The position numbers were made by a program, and so were the translations under genes. Below, piece after piece: positions 10,681 through 21,900 of a DNA stretch of 64,000 nucleotides (positions are counted from its first letter, which is position 1; every line of letters begins with the position of its first letter). A model generated the notes under the pieces. The model did no database searches and had not been told where the DNA came from. It was given only the letters and a program-made list of their open reading frames with translations. Location of the stretch: assembly GCA_050173015.1 (NCBI GenBank), contig JBFXLE010000006.1, forward strand, positions 128,001 through 192,000, given 5' to 3'. The stretch comes from Calditrichaceae bacterium. GTDB lineage: Bacteria; Calditrichota; Calditrichia; Calditrichales; JBFXGD01.

Positions 10681-12273
10681 ATGCGAAATTTGTTGACGTT
10701 TCTTTCCGGAGAAGTTCCGGGCGGCATTGTACTTCTTATCATTATTATTTTTGCCGTTAATATTACATTTATTCTTTTGAAATCATCAAAAATTTTTTCA
10801 GCCGAAAAGGCGCGAAAAAATCAACTGTTTTACTCAATAATCATTCTCATGATTTATACATCCCTTTGGTTGATTCTGCAGCCGCCCCTGCCAAAAGTCA
10901 GGGTAATGGTGTTACCCACGGTGAATCAGGACAATGTGGTGGAGCTTAATTCAAAAGCGTTTGCTCTGGTCGAATCGTTTGAACGGGCCGGGCTCAATAA
11001 TACGAAAAACAAATACATTATTCATCGCTGGTCCTGGCTGTTTGAAACCATCGGTAATGATTCAGTCAGTGATTTTAACGCCTGGAAATCAATCGCCTTA
11101 CGTATCAAACCCGGTATTGTAATTGAAAGCGCCTACCGGTCCAGCGGAGGCATAACCTGTACTGTTTATGATTATCAGAAGGGCGCTGTCAAGAAAAATA
11201 GCATTGAGATGACCTCGGCAGATGAAATAGAAGAATTGCTGAACCAGCTCAATCAGCAATTCAAATTCTTTATCAATAATCCGGTGAATCCGAATTCGGA
11301 TACGTTAATATTGGATGCAAAAATCAGTTTATTGCATGGTGATACAGAAAAAGTCAGCCAACTGATAGAAGGCAGGGAAGATGTCGAATCGAACGTCTTA
11401 AAAGCATTTGTTTTAATGAAAAAAGGGATGTCGGTCAGGCGTGACCGGGAAAAGGCAAAATATACAAAAATCGTAAATAATGATTTTGAAGCGGCAAAAC
11501 GTATTTTGCATCCGATCATCAAAGAGCGTAATGACACACCCGAAGTTCCGTATCTGTTGGGTAGAATTGCCTTGCGTGAAGAAGATTACCCTTTGGCAGA
11601 ACTGTTTTTAAAAAAAGCGATCATAGATGATCCATCTAATCCGAGAGTGTTGTTCGCGCTGAGCTATCTGCTCCCGGCCCGACTGCAAGAGTTGGGATAT
11701 GAAAACCGTATCAATGTTCTCGAAAAAGCGGTTACCCTGGATCCCGGATATGTTAAAGCGGTATATGAGCTTGCCAATGAATACTATCTTACCGGTACGG
11801 GCACTCAGGTCGGCACAGGCACGACGATGGCGATGGAGACGATTGATTCATATATGAAAATCAAAGCGGATGATCCGACAATTTTGAGTTTGCTGGGGAT
11901 GATTTACATAAAAACCAATCGCTTTGATGAAGCGTTCGATGTAAATCAAAAGCTGCAAAAACAGTATCCGGAAGATTCAAATGTTTATTACAATCTTGGA
12001 CTGATAAGATTTCATCAAAAAAAATATGAAGATGCCCTGAATTATTTTAAAAAGGCAATCGATATAGACCGGAATCTGGACTCATATTTATATATGGGTA
12101 TCACTTACCGGCAGCTGGGTGACCGGGAAAAGGCGCTTAAATATTACAGGGAACGGATCAAGCGAAAAAAGGGAGACGATGATTATTACGCCAAAGAAGC
12201 CATGACAGGGATTAGAAAAATTCTTGATGAAATTGATCAGGAAAAGGCAGACGCAAATATCCATGAAAATTAG
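10681..12273 (+). CDS. membrane-anchored tetratricopeptide repeat protein
   Basis: Two N-terminal TM segments; TPR motifs such as VYYNLGLIRFHQKKYEDALNYFKKAI and SYLYMGITYRQLGDREKAL. Confidence 0.85.
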   Translation: MRNLLTFLSGEVPGGIVLLIIIIFAVNITFILLKSSKIFSAEKARKNQLFYSIIILMIYTSLWLILQPPLPKVRVMVLPTVNQDNVVELNSKAFALVESFERAGLNNTKNKYIIHRWSWLFETIGNDSVSDFNAWKSIALRIKPGIVIESAYRSSGGITCTVYDYQKGAVKKNSIEMTSADEIEELLNQLNQQFKFFINNPVNPNSDTLILDAKISLLHGDTEKVSQLIEGREDVESNVLKAFVLMKKGMSVRRDREKAKYTKIVNNDFEAAKRILHPIIKERNDTPEVPYLLGRIALREEDYPLAELFLKKAIIDDPSNPRVLFALSYLLPARLQELGYENRINVLEKAVTLDPGYVKAVYELANEYYLTGTGTQVGTGTTMAMETIDSYMKIKADDPTILSLLGMIYIKTNRFDEAFDVNQKLQKQYPEDSNVYYNLGLIRFHQKKYEDALNYFKKAIDIDRNLDSYLYMGITYRQLGDREKALKYYRERIKRKKGDDDYYAKEAMTGIRKILDEIDQEKADANIHEN

Positions 12274-13417
12274 ATCAATTCACCCTGGCGATTCAAAGAA
12301 GCTTGAATTAATAAAGAAGAAATTTGGATTCATTAATGAAAACATGATTCCGGAGCAAACCATTTATTTGTTATCGGAATTGAATTCGACGCAGACAAAC
12401 ATTTTGGCGAAAATACGCGGGCAGAATCAACTAAATAGCCGGTTAATAGCCGGCGGGAAAAAAGAGTATTTGGTTGTCCGAAAATCATTTGAGGCCGATT
12501 CTGAAAATCTACACAAGTCAGCTATGGAAGATTCTGAACTTGCCGGGTTCTTTGAAAAAATATTGACTCAGAATACCATGAAACGCGAGCCGCGCTGGGA
12601 ATTTAATGGCCGGGCGCTGGATTTTAATGATGGACCTTTCATAATGGGTATTTTGAATGTGACACCCGATTCTTTTTCCGACGGCGGAAAATATCTGAAT
12701 CGGGAAAAAGCGCTGGAACATGCCCTGAAGATGGTGGATGATGGAGCGGACATTCTTGATATTGGCGGAGAATCAACAAGACCGGGCGCCGTATCGGTCA
12801 GCGCCGGTGAAGAGATCGAACGGGTTATACCGCTCATCGATGAAGTTCGAAAACAATCTGATACAATTCTATCGATTGATACATACAAAAGTGAAGTCGC
12901 GGAAGCCGCGCTAAAAGCAGGCGCCCATATGATTAATGATATCAGCGGCGGAACGTTTGATAAAAATATGGGCCGGGTGGCGGGTGATGCCGGTTGCCCG
13001 ATGGTGGTGATGCATATAAAGGGCACACCAAAAAATATGCAGAAAAATCCTTATTATGAGGATGTTATAGAAGAAATCTATGATTATTTTTGGGACAGAA
13101 TAAAAGTACTTAATCGTCAAAACGTCACAAAAATAATAATTGATCCCGGTATCGGCTTTGGAAAAAGGCTGGAAGATAATTTGACAATAATTAAGGATTT
13201 AAAGGATTTTGAATATTTAACCTGTCCGGTCATGATAGGGTTGTCGCGAAAATCCTTTCTCGGTCAGATTACCGGCAAAGACACAGCACACCGGCTGGCG
13301 GGAACACAAGCGGCAAACTATGCGGCACTGGAGTCGGGCGCGAATATTTTGCGCGTTCATGACGTGACGGAGACAAAGGATTTAGTCAGTGTTTTTAAGT
13401 ATCTGAGGGATGTCTGA
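12263..13417 (+). CDS. folP: dihydropteroate synthase with N-terminal extension
   Basis: MGILNVTPDSFSDGG, DIGGESTRPG, IDPGIGFGK, SRKSF and RVHDV motifs. Confidence 0.96.
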   Translation: MKIRSIHPGDSKKLELIKKKFGFINENMIPEQTIYLLSELNSTQTNILAKIRGQNQLNSRLIAGGKKEYLVVRKSFEADSENLHKSAMEDSELAGFFEKILTQNTMKREPRWEFNGRALDFNDGPFIMGILNVTPDSFSDGGKYLNREKALEHALKMVDDGADILDIGGESTRPGAVSVSAGEEIERVIPLIDEVRKQSDTILSIDTYKSEVAEAALKAGAHMINDISGGTFDKNMGRVAGDAGCPMVVMHIKGTPKNMQKNPYYEDVIEEIYDYFWDRIKVLNRQNVTKIIIDPGIGFGKRLEDNLTIIKDLKDFEYLTCPVMIGLSRKSFLGQITGKDTAHRLAGTQAANYAALESGANILRVHDVTETKDLVSVFKYLRDV

Positions 13418-13534
13418 TTTTTTCACGTGACAATGATCACTGAAAAAAGAGATATATCCCATGATTTTTATAGTTAATCGTCTCAGAAGTTTTTCCGGGT
13501 ATTGCGCGCCGGGTAACAAGCAAAAGAGGTCAGA

Positions 13535-14341
13535 GTGCTTTTTAGAATCGGATTTTTGCCAATCACCTTTGTGGATATTATAGATATTCTGATTGTGACG
13601 GCAATAATTTACAAATTATATGAGTTCTTAAAAGGCAGCGTGGCCATAAGAATGTTTATTGGCTTGCTTGTTATATTATTTTTTTCTATTTTTGGTGAAT
13701 TACTGAATATGAGTGCCTTATCCTGGATTATGTCCAGTTTAAAAACGGTATGGGTACTTGCTTTTGTTATTGTTTTTCAACCCGAATTACGGCGCCTCTT
13801 GATCTATCTCGGACAAAACAGGATTGTGAGAACATTTGTAAAGGTCGGAGATCTAAAATTTATTGATCATATTATTGAAGCCAGTCTGGAATTATCGAAG
13901 AAAAATTATGGAGCCCTGATAGTCCTGGTGCGCGATATGGGAATAAAAAATGTGATTGAAACAGGAATCAATTTGCAGGCGCATGTATCCGGCGCTTTGA
14001 TTACATCGGTGTTTAATCCAAGATCACCGCTGCATGACGGTGCTTTGGTGATTCAGAATGATATCGCGGTGGCGGCGAAATGTCTGCTGCCGTTATCACA
14101 GAATCCTGATATCGATCCGGCCTTGGGAACACGGCACCGGGCGGCATTAGGATTATCTGAGCAGGCGGATGCGTTTGTCATTGTCGTTTCAGAGGAAACG
14201 GGAATGATTTCTTACGCGGAAAACGGTAAGCTGGTACGCGGGCTGACGGAAAGTCTGCTGCGGAAACAGCTTGATGAAATTTTCTCTCCAAAACCAACCG
14301 GTAAGGTAAAGGGTTTTTTTAATATGGCGACGGAGAGCTGA
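13535..14341 (+). CDS. cdaA: membrane-bound diadenylate cyclase
   Basis: Three TM segments, FQPELRR, and the DAC motifs LHDGA, GTRHRAA and VSEETG. Confidence 0.94.
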   Translation: MLFRIGFLPITFVDIIDILIVTAIIYKLYEFLKGSVAIRMFIGLLVILFFSIFGELLNMSALSWIMSSLKTVWVLAFVIVFQPELRRLLIYLGQNRIVRTFVKVGDLKFIDHIIEASLELSKKNYGALIVLVRDMGIKNVIETGINLQAHVSGALITSVFNPRSPLHDGALVIQNDIAVAAKCLLPLSQNPDIDPALGTRHRAALGLSEQADAFVIVVSEETGMISYAENGKLVRGLTESLLRKQLDEIFSPKPTGKVKGFFNMATES

Positions 14342-14426
14342 GAATAGATGGATGATGTTTTGATTGTTTTGACTTATGAAAAATAGTGCGAAAATGAATA
14401 TATTCCTGGAGAAGGAGGAGCAGAGC

Positions 14427-17400
14427 ATGGCTGTTTCTACTAAAAAAAGTCGAGTAGTAATTAGTATTGCTTTATTATTGACAGTGTTTGGGTTTTCTCA
14501 GGCGATGGCTCAAACAACCTACTATTCACAAGGGGCTGTAAATTTTACATCAGTGACTAACTGGAATGATGCATCGGATGGTTCAGGAAATCCTCCGCCA
14601 GGAACATCGGTGTTCGTTTCGGCAGTTGATGATTTTGTTGTGCAAAACACAGATAATTTAACTATTGATGCGACTCCAACGATTAATAATCTAACAATAA
14701 ATACTTCGGGTACAGTCACAAATAATGGTTTTGACCTTCAGCTGGTTGGTACACTGACGGTTACGCAGGGTACGGTTAGTATGAGTAGCAACTTTGTTAT
14801 TGCGGGAACAGTTAATGTGAATGGTGGTACATTCAATGCTGGATCCTCAGATCAACATAGCTTTCTTCTTTCCTTGTCAAGCGGTGCTTTTAATGCCCAG
14901 ACATCAACAATTGAGATGAAATCATCAGGCAGTACAACCGTATTTAATAAAACCGGTGGAACTTTCGATGAGGGTACCGCGACCTTTAAAATTGTGCCGA
15001 ATTCTGATGGATCAAGTGCAATATTAACGATTACATCTAATAGCAACATTGCTTTTGAAAAATTGATTCATAGTGGTCTAAGAAATTCTGGTTTTTCAAA
15101 TGTGCATGAAATTTCATTTGCGGGTACAGTAACTTATAGTATTAACAATTCTTTTGAAAGAACAGACCGGGCTTCGGCGATTAACTTTCCGTCCGGCGCT
15201 ACGCTGAGTTATAACCAGGGGGCTAAATTAAATTATAGTGGCAGCACTATTGCATTTACAGTAGGTAATGAATGGCCGGCAAGCAATGGGCCGGACTCGG
15301 TACTCGTCACAAATTCAAGTACCAAGACCGTTACATTGAGTTCGTCCAGAACAATTCCTTCTGATGGGGCACTTGTTTTAAGTCAATTTAGTGAAAATTT
15401 TATAATTGGTGATGGAACTATACTTACTATTAATGGTGTCCTTGAGAGAAAAGTTTCGGGTACAACTGGTATCTCTTTAAGTGGTACAGGCTCGGTGCAA
15501 TACGCGGCAACAGGAAGTAGTCTTAAATATAATACATCAGCGAATACGACCATAGGAGCTGAGTGGCCGGCGACAAATTCTCCTGAAAATGTTGAAATAA
15601 CAATTTTAAATAGCAATGCTTTATCTAGTTCCGGGGATCTAAGCCGAACAGTTACCAAAAATTTGACGATGAATGTTGGAACTGTAAATCTGAACGCAGG
15701 TACGTTAGCGGTATTGGGAAATGTTGCTGGAAGTGAAATAGCTGGTAGCGCGACTATTAATGATGCAACCACACTTGAGGTCGGTAATAGCGGTAGCGGA
15801 AATTCACAAAGCCAGACTATTATCGGCACTCTTACGCTAAACAAAATGACTGTCAATAAAACAGGTGGTGCAAATGATGCTGCAAATACGGTCCAGTTGA
15901 CCGAAAGTGCCGCGCTGACTTTCACTGCCGGCAGTAGCTTGACGGTGACAGCAGGAATATTGGATCTAAACGGTGCTTCAAGATTTGTTACCGCTCCTGT
16001 TACAATGACCATTAACAGCGGTGCTGTGCTCAAAACCGGCGGTACGTCTTTAACATCAGTAGCAACTCTGACCGCGACTAATGGAAAAATTGTATTTTCC
16101 GGATCTTCGCAGGAAACATTGCCCATCGGCACTATCGGGACAGTAGAGTTAAATAATGTATCTGGCGCGATTACTTCTGCAGGTACATTGACGGTAGGTT
16201 CAAGTCTGGTGCTTACCAGCGGTAAGTTAATCACGTCTTCAGCGAATATTCTCCGGCTGGCTTCAGCGGCCACGGTATCAGGTATCCCCAGCAGCTCCAA
16301 TATGGTGGTTGGCCCCTTGCAAAAAGCCTTCGCGAGCGGAGTCGTATCATTTCTTTATCCGGTGGGCTATGGGTCAAGTTACCGGCCCGCGACCTTTGAC
16401 TATTTGTCTAATGATGTAGCGACTAGTATTATTCAAATAGAGGCGGTGTCGGGGGATCCGGGGGGCACAAAACCGACAGGAATCAATTCAATCGCCACAT
16501 CTCATCATTATGTGGTCAAAGAAATTGGAACAGCAGGGACTTTCACATATAATTTCACCGGTACGTATACAGGAACAGGATTCACACCGGAATCTCGGAA
16601 TCAGTTGATTGTTCAAAATGGGATTGATCCTAATCCTCTCTATTCATATCCGAACACAATTGCGCAAACAGTGAATACAACGGCAAAAACGGTTAAAATA
16701 AATGACGCCCTAAGCGCTTTACCCAGCGATGACGGGAAAATCGCATTTGGGTCAATCGGTGTTCAAATCACCTGGGATGGCGGTTTAAGTGGTACCGGAA
16801 CGTTATGGAGTAATGCCGCGAACTGGGTGGGTGATATTGTGCCACAAACCGGCGATGATGTGCTTTTTGATCATACAGAGTTAGCCGCCGCATACAGCGT
16901 TACCTATGATGGCAGCACCACAAAAAATGAATTTTCAAGCATTACAATCGCCCCCGGGGGTGGAAACAATATCACGTTGACGCTGTCCAGATCGACGACC
17001 CTCACATTGACGAGCAGTTCCAACGCGCTGGTGGTCGGGTCCAACGGAAAGCTCACTTTCAGTGGTACGACGGTAACCATGGGCGCCGGCTTTGATAATA
17101 CACGCACAGACTTTCAGGCGGGTAGTACCGTTGAGTATACCACCGGTAATGTACATGTGGATGGCTATGATAATCTTACCATAAGTGGGGCAACCAGTGG
17201 AACAACTGGATCCGGTACGACTACAGTCGGTGGAAATCTGGCAATAAGTGCCACGGGATTTACATCGGCAAATGCATTTACTGTAGCGGGTTCATTCACT
17301 CAAACAGCGGGAGCAGCAAGCTTTGCAACCCAAAGTTTGACATTAAATGGAAATGTTGATATTCAGGGTGGGACTTTTACCCCTTCAACATCGACAACAT

Positions 17401-18725
17401 TTAACGGCAGTGATTTCCAAATATCCGGCTCAGGGGCGGTTGCTACAGGGTCAGGTCATATAACTTTTGGCGGGGAAAGTTCTCAGACAATCACAGATGC
17501 AAGTTCAGCTTCTTTAGGTTTTAACAGTGTTACCATCAATAAAAGCGGTAATGATGTTACGCTTAATAATCCGGTCTCAATATATGGCTCACTCACATTG
17601 ACCCTTGGTGATATCATTACAGATGGTACTAACATCATTACATTTGAAACCGCTGCCACAGCGAGCGCCGGTAGTAATAATAGTCATATTAATGGTCCGG
17701 CTAAAAAGAAAACGGCTTCGGTAGCGGAATTTGCTTTCCCCATAGGCAATGGTACTAAGTGGCGCAGAATCGCGGTCACACCGGCATCCAGTACCGCTGA
17801 GACGTATCAGGCGCAATTTTATAATACAAATCCACAGGTTGCGATTGGGTCTACTCTTGGCGCAAATGTCTCGGTCGTTTCCAGTGTCCTCTATTGGAAT
17901 TTAACCAGAACCGGATCCGTAAACGCGAAGGTACGTTTGTTTTGGGAAGATGCGAGTGATGGAGTCCAGGCACCCGGATCATTGATTGTCGTACGATGGG
18001 ATGGCAGTCAGTGGGTTTCGGGAGGGTATTCAAGTAATGATGGCGATGCAAACAGCGGAAGTGTTTTATCATCTACTACTTTTGCTAACTTTGGTAATTT
18101 TACCTTGGGATCTGAACCGGCAGACAACTCCCTGCCCGTCGAGCTTTCTTCCTTTGAAGCGGTGAGCGCGTTTAATCAGGTAGTACTGTCATGGAAAACA
18201 CAGTCCGAACTCGAAAATCTTGGTTTTAATGTATATCGCGCGCGCGGCGCCGAGCCGGATAACTGGACACAGCTGAATGAAGCGCTCATCCCGGGTCAGG
18301 GTACTTATACACACGCCACCGATTATGAATATGTTGACCGCAGTGTGGCCGCGGGTGAAACCTATCTGTATAAGCTGGAGTCGGTCAGCGTTTCCGGACT
18401 GCGTGTGGATGAGCGGACGATAGAAGTGGCGGTGCCGGTTCCCGATCAGTACGCTTTGTTTAAAAATTATCCGAATCCATTTAATCCGACCACAAACATC
18501 CGTTTTCAGCTGCCGGATGCGCAAAACGTTAAACTCGCTGTTTATGACATCAGGGGTAGTCTGGTCAAAACGGTGGTCAATAATCAGGCTTTTCCGGCCG
18601 GTGAACACACGGTGACATGGGATGCCACCGATAACAACGGCAGCCGTGTGGCCAGCGGAATGTACATATACCGATTTGAAGCTGGAAAATTCAGCAAGAT
18701 CGATAAGATGATACTGCTGAAATAG
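14427..18725 (+). CDS. large secreted Thr/Ser/Gly-rich beta-strand repeat protein with LPVEL-Ig and T9SS type A-like (FlgD-Ig) C-terminal domain
   Basis: RBS AAGGAGG before ATG 14427; signal peptide ...SQAMA|Q; repeated TLTxTxG-type strands; C-terminus LPVELSSF...KNYPNPFNPTT...WDATD..G..VASGMYIY...KMILLK. Confidence 0.85.
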   Translation: MAVSTKKSRVVISIALLLTVFGFSQAMAQTTYYSQGAVNFTSVTNWNDASDGSGNPPPGTSVFVSAVDDFVVQNTDNLTIDATPTINNLTINTSGTVTNNGFDLQLVGTLTVTQGTVSMSSNFVIAGTVNVNGGTFNAGSSDQHSFLLSLSSGAFNAQTSTIEMKSSGSTTVFNKTGGTFDEGTATFKIVPNSDGSSAILTITSNSNIAFEKLIHSGLRNSGFSNVHEISFAGTVTYSINNSFERTDRASAINFPSGATLSYNQGAKLNYSGSTIAFTVGNEWPASNGPDSVLVTNSSTKTVTLSSSRTIPSDGALVLSQFSENFIIGDGTILTINGVLERKVSGTTGISLSGTGSVQYAATGSSLKYNTSANTTIGAEWPATNSPENVEITILNSNALSSSGDLSRTVTKNLTMNVGTVNLNAGTLAVLGNVAGSEIAGSATINDATTLEVGNSGSGNSQSQTIIGTLTLNKMTVNKTGGANDAANTVQLTESAALTFTAGSSLTVTAGILDLNGASRFVTAPVTMTINSGAVLKTGGTSLTSVATLTATNGKIVFSGSSQETLPIGTIGTVELNNVSGAITSAGTLTVGSSLVLTSGKLITSSANILRLASAATVSGIPSSSNMVVGPLQKAFASGVVSFLYPVGYGSSYRPATFDYLSNDVATSIIQIEAVSGDPGGTKPTGINSIATSHHYVVKEIGTAGTFTYNFTGTYTGTGFTPESRNQLIVQNGIDPNPLYSYPNTIAQTVNTTAKTVKINDALSALPSDDGKIAFGSIGVQITWDGGLSGTGTLWSNAANWVGDIVPQTGDDVLFDHTELAAAYSVTYDGSTTKNEFSSITIAPGGGNNITLTLSRSTTLTLTSSSNALVVGSNGKLTFSGTTVTMGAGFDNTRTDFQAGSTVEYTTGNVHVDGYDNLTISGATSGTTGSGTTTVGGNLAISATGFTSANAFTVAGSFTQTAGAASFATQSLTLNGNVDIQGGTFTPSTSTTFNGSDFQISGSGAVATGSGHITFGGESSQTITDASSASLGFNSVTINKSGNDVTLNNPVSIYGSLTLTLGDIITDGTNIITFETAATASAGSNNSHINGPAKKKTASVAEFAFPIGNGTKWRRIAVTPASSTAETYQAQFYNTNPQVAIGSTLGANVSVVSSVLYWNLTRTGSVNAKVRLFWEDASDGVQAPGSLIVVRWDGSQWVSGGYSSNDGDANSGSVLSSTTFANFGNFTLGSEPADNSLPVELSSFEAVSAFNQVVLSWKTQSELENLGFNVYRARGAEPDNWTQLNEALIPGQGTYTHATDYEYVDRSVAAGETYLYKLESVSVSGLRVDERTIEVAVPVPDQYALFKNYPNPFNPTTNIRFQLPDAQNVKLAVYDIRGSLVKTVVNNQAFPAGEHTVTWDATDNNGSRVASGMYIYRFEAGKFSKIDKMILLK

Positions 18726-18740
18726 TCCCAAAGCCGATAT

Positions 18741-18772
18741 AAAATTGGGCAGATTATTCTGCCCATTTTTTT
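18741..18772 (+). terminator. intrinsic terminator
   Basis: TGGGCAGA-TTAT-TCTGCCCA followed by T7. Confidence 0.85.
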
Positions 18773-18911
18773 ATATAGATAATGAAAATGTGAAATTATT
18801 ACTAAATTTAACGCAAAACATTACGATTATTTACATATTAAGTCAGAGTGCGGATTTATATATAGAAAAGGGTGTATGGATACAGGATTGAGAGTGCCCG
18901 GAAAGGGCGCA

Positions 18912-21900
18912 ATGAGGCATGCCGTTCTGAACTGGATATTTATGCTGTTTTTTCTGTTTGCCGGATTGGAATATCTAAATGCCGCGGAGTACAGGGAAAA
19001 GGTGGTTCAGGCATCGGAAAACAAGCTTGTTTTAAAATTTGACTTTGATGAGCCTGAATTTACCGCGGATGACGGCAAAGTATTCGCGAAATACGATAAA
19101 TCAGGATTCATAGTTGATAACCAGAAAGCTTTTCTGCCATATATTACCCGGTTTTTTAATCTGGCCGGTGATAAAGCCCGATATAAAATTTTAAAAATCA
19201 GTACAAAACAAAAAACAGTTGAAAATTATCTGATATCAAAAGATGATGCCTCGCTGGATATTACTGAAAAAGTCAATGTGGAATATCTTGGGAAATATCG
19301 TGAAGTTCCCGTTTTCTCACTAAAACTCTTTCCCGTATCTTACGATTCCCGTACTTCTGTTCTTGAGTGGATTGAAAGTATCGAACTGGAGCTGACGACA
19401 GGCGCTGACGGAAAAAGCATCGGTAAAGCGGGCAGCGGGAGCAGGGAATTTCTGACTTCGCTGCTGGTGAATGGGGACAGGACGCTTTTTACCTCCCCGG
19501 AATCCGTAACCCTGTCAAAGACAAATGATTTTCAGATAAATAATCTTCTTAACGCCCAGTCTGATCTGTTTAAAATCGGCGTCAAAGAAACCGGTATTTA
19601 TAAAGTCACCTATGATGATCTGCTTAAAGTAAATTACCCTGTTGCTGCGATCGATCCCCGAAAATTAAAATTAATAAACAAGGGAATTGAAGTACCGGTC
19701 TATTTCAAAGGAACCGAAGACGGTAAATTTGATCCCGGTGATTATTTTGAATTCTGGGGTGAAAAAAACGAAAAAACATTTTTGAGTCAGTATCCTGATG
19801 TCTATGCCGATCCGTTCTCCGATACAAATGTTTACTGGCTGACGCTCTCAACATCCAACGGGCTTCGCATGATCGATGAAAGCGGCGGTATTGTGGAAAC
19901 ACGGCAATATCTCCGGCCCGCCTACTTCAGAGAAACACTTCATTTTGAAGAAGATAATTATTTTGACAGGTTCGGACAGCCCACGGCGAATTTGAATCAT
20001 CCCGCTTATCAAATTGATCACTGGTTTTTTGACGGCGGCATCAGTTCTGTAGAAAGCAGATCCTATAATTTTAATTTGCCGTATCCTCTTGATTACGGTT
20101 CTGCCGTGACCGTCAAAGCCATGTTCCGCGGAAAGTCCTATTACAGTTATCCGACTAATCTGTTGCAGGGACATCAGGTTACGGTTTGGCTAAATGAGCA
20201 AAGAGTCGGACAGGTTATGCCGGCGGATAAATGGGAAGGTCAGACATCAAGGCTGGTCACAAACGCCACGGGGGCGCTCTCTCAGTCCAATTTGAAAAGC
20301 GGAGAGAATGTTTTCCGTGTGGATATGGAACAAAGCGGCGTAACGGATATTGTGCTGCTCAACTGGTTTGAAGTCTCCTACCAGAGATTGTTCAGAGCAG
20401 ATAATGATTTTATAAAATTTAAAGTGCAGGAAGGTCTTCCCCTGGATTATATCGTTCAATTTGAGATTGATGGTTTTTCCAATTCAAAAATTGATGTGTA
20501 TAAACTGGGTGTCAGCAAAATCGGAAACGGAAGAATTGATTATTTCAAGAATGAAGTCAATCGTTTTTCCTACCGTTTAACGATTCAGGATGAAATTTTT
20601 GATCCAAAAACGACCTATGTGGCTGTAACCGAAAGCGGTAAGAAAAAACCGTCGTATATAAAAGCCTTTACACCCTGGAAAGAAAATAATCCCGCCCTTA
20701 CCCTGACCAATAATTCGAATGCGGCTGATTATCTTATCATTACGGAAAGTCTCCTGTATCAGAACGCGTTAAAACTGAAGCTTTTGAAAGAAGAAGCGGG
20801 TTACCATCCTGAAGTTGTCACCGTTGAGAATATCTACGATACCTTTAATTATGGAATTAAATCACCGATCGCCATTAAAAATTTTCTAACCTATGCGTAT
20901 CAGAGCTGGAGTCAGACATACCCGTTAAAATATGTGGTTTTGACCGGTGACGCCTCTTATAATTACAAGGGAACCGGAGATCTGGTTCCGACGATGATGT
21001 TTGAGACGGAGAAATACGGCGCGGCTGCTTCCGATTACTGGTATGCACTGATATCCGGAGATGATTATATACCGGATATAGTTGTTGCGAGGATACCGGC
21101 AAATACAAATCAGCAGCTGCTGAATTACCTTGATAAAATAAATAATTACCAGAATAATCCGGTTGCCGGAGAGTGGCGAAACACGTCGCTGTTTATCAGC
21201 GGAAATGACGCGGGTACACGGGAAAATATCACCAATAAGCCGGTGTTCAGGACCCAGAATCTTCGATTGATCAATATGAAAAACCAGGGTCAGAATTTTT
21301 CACGACGTCTGAATACCGTAAAGAATGAAGAAATCGAGGGTGTTGATCCTGCATATGGCAGTACCACGGATTTGATCGAATATTTCGACGACGGTGTTTC
21401 CTATGTCAATTTTCTGGGACATGGCGGCGGCGGGATTTGGGCGGATGTACAGTTGTTTAGTCTCGCTGATGTGGACCGGCTCAATAATGAACATTATCAG
21501 CCGTTTATTTCCAGCATGACCTGCTTCACAGGCGCATTTGAGAATCCCGGTAAAGACGGTCTGGCGGAAAAGTTTGTGATGACCGCGAAAAAAGGAGCCA
21601 TCGGTATGGTGGCGAGCTCCGGGGTTGGCTGGACTTACAATGATTTTGCTATTGAGTGGGGATTGTTCGATTATCTGTGGCAGGACGTCTTAACATTCGG
21701 CGAAGCCGTTGATATGATGAAAATCTATTATCTGGCGAACCCGATTTATTACACGGAAGACGGCAGTTTCTATACCTGGAGTTATAATTCTCTAAAATAT
21801 TCAATGGTCTCCCAATATAATTTCCTGGGTGATCCCGCGTTGAAAATTCAAAAACCGGCGCAAAGTCTCTCTGTTGTGGTAGATAAGCTGACGCCGGCGG

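Noticed and set aside
15383..16300. 305-aa minus-strand ORF, and the other antisense ORFs in the track (e.g. 8523-9200, 18189-18731, 12568-13026)
   Set aside because: They lie wholly opposite well-supported + strand genes, show no family motifs, and are explained by the codon bias of the sense gene.
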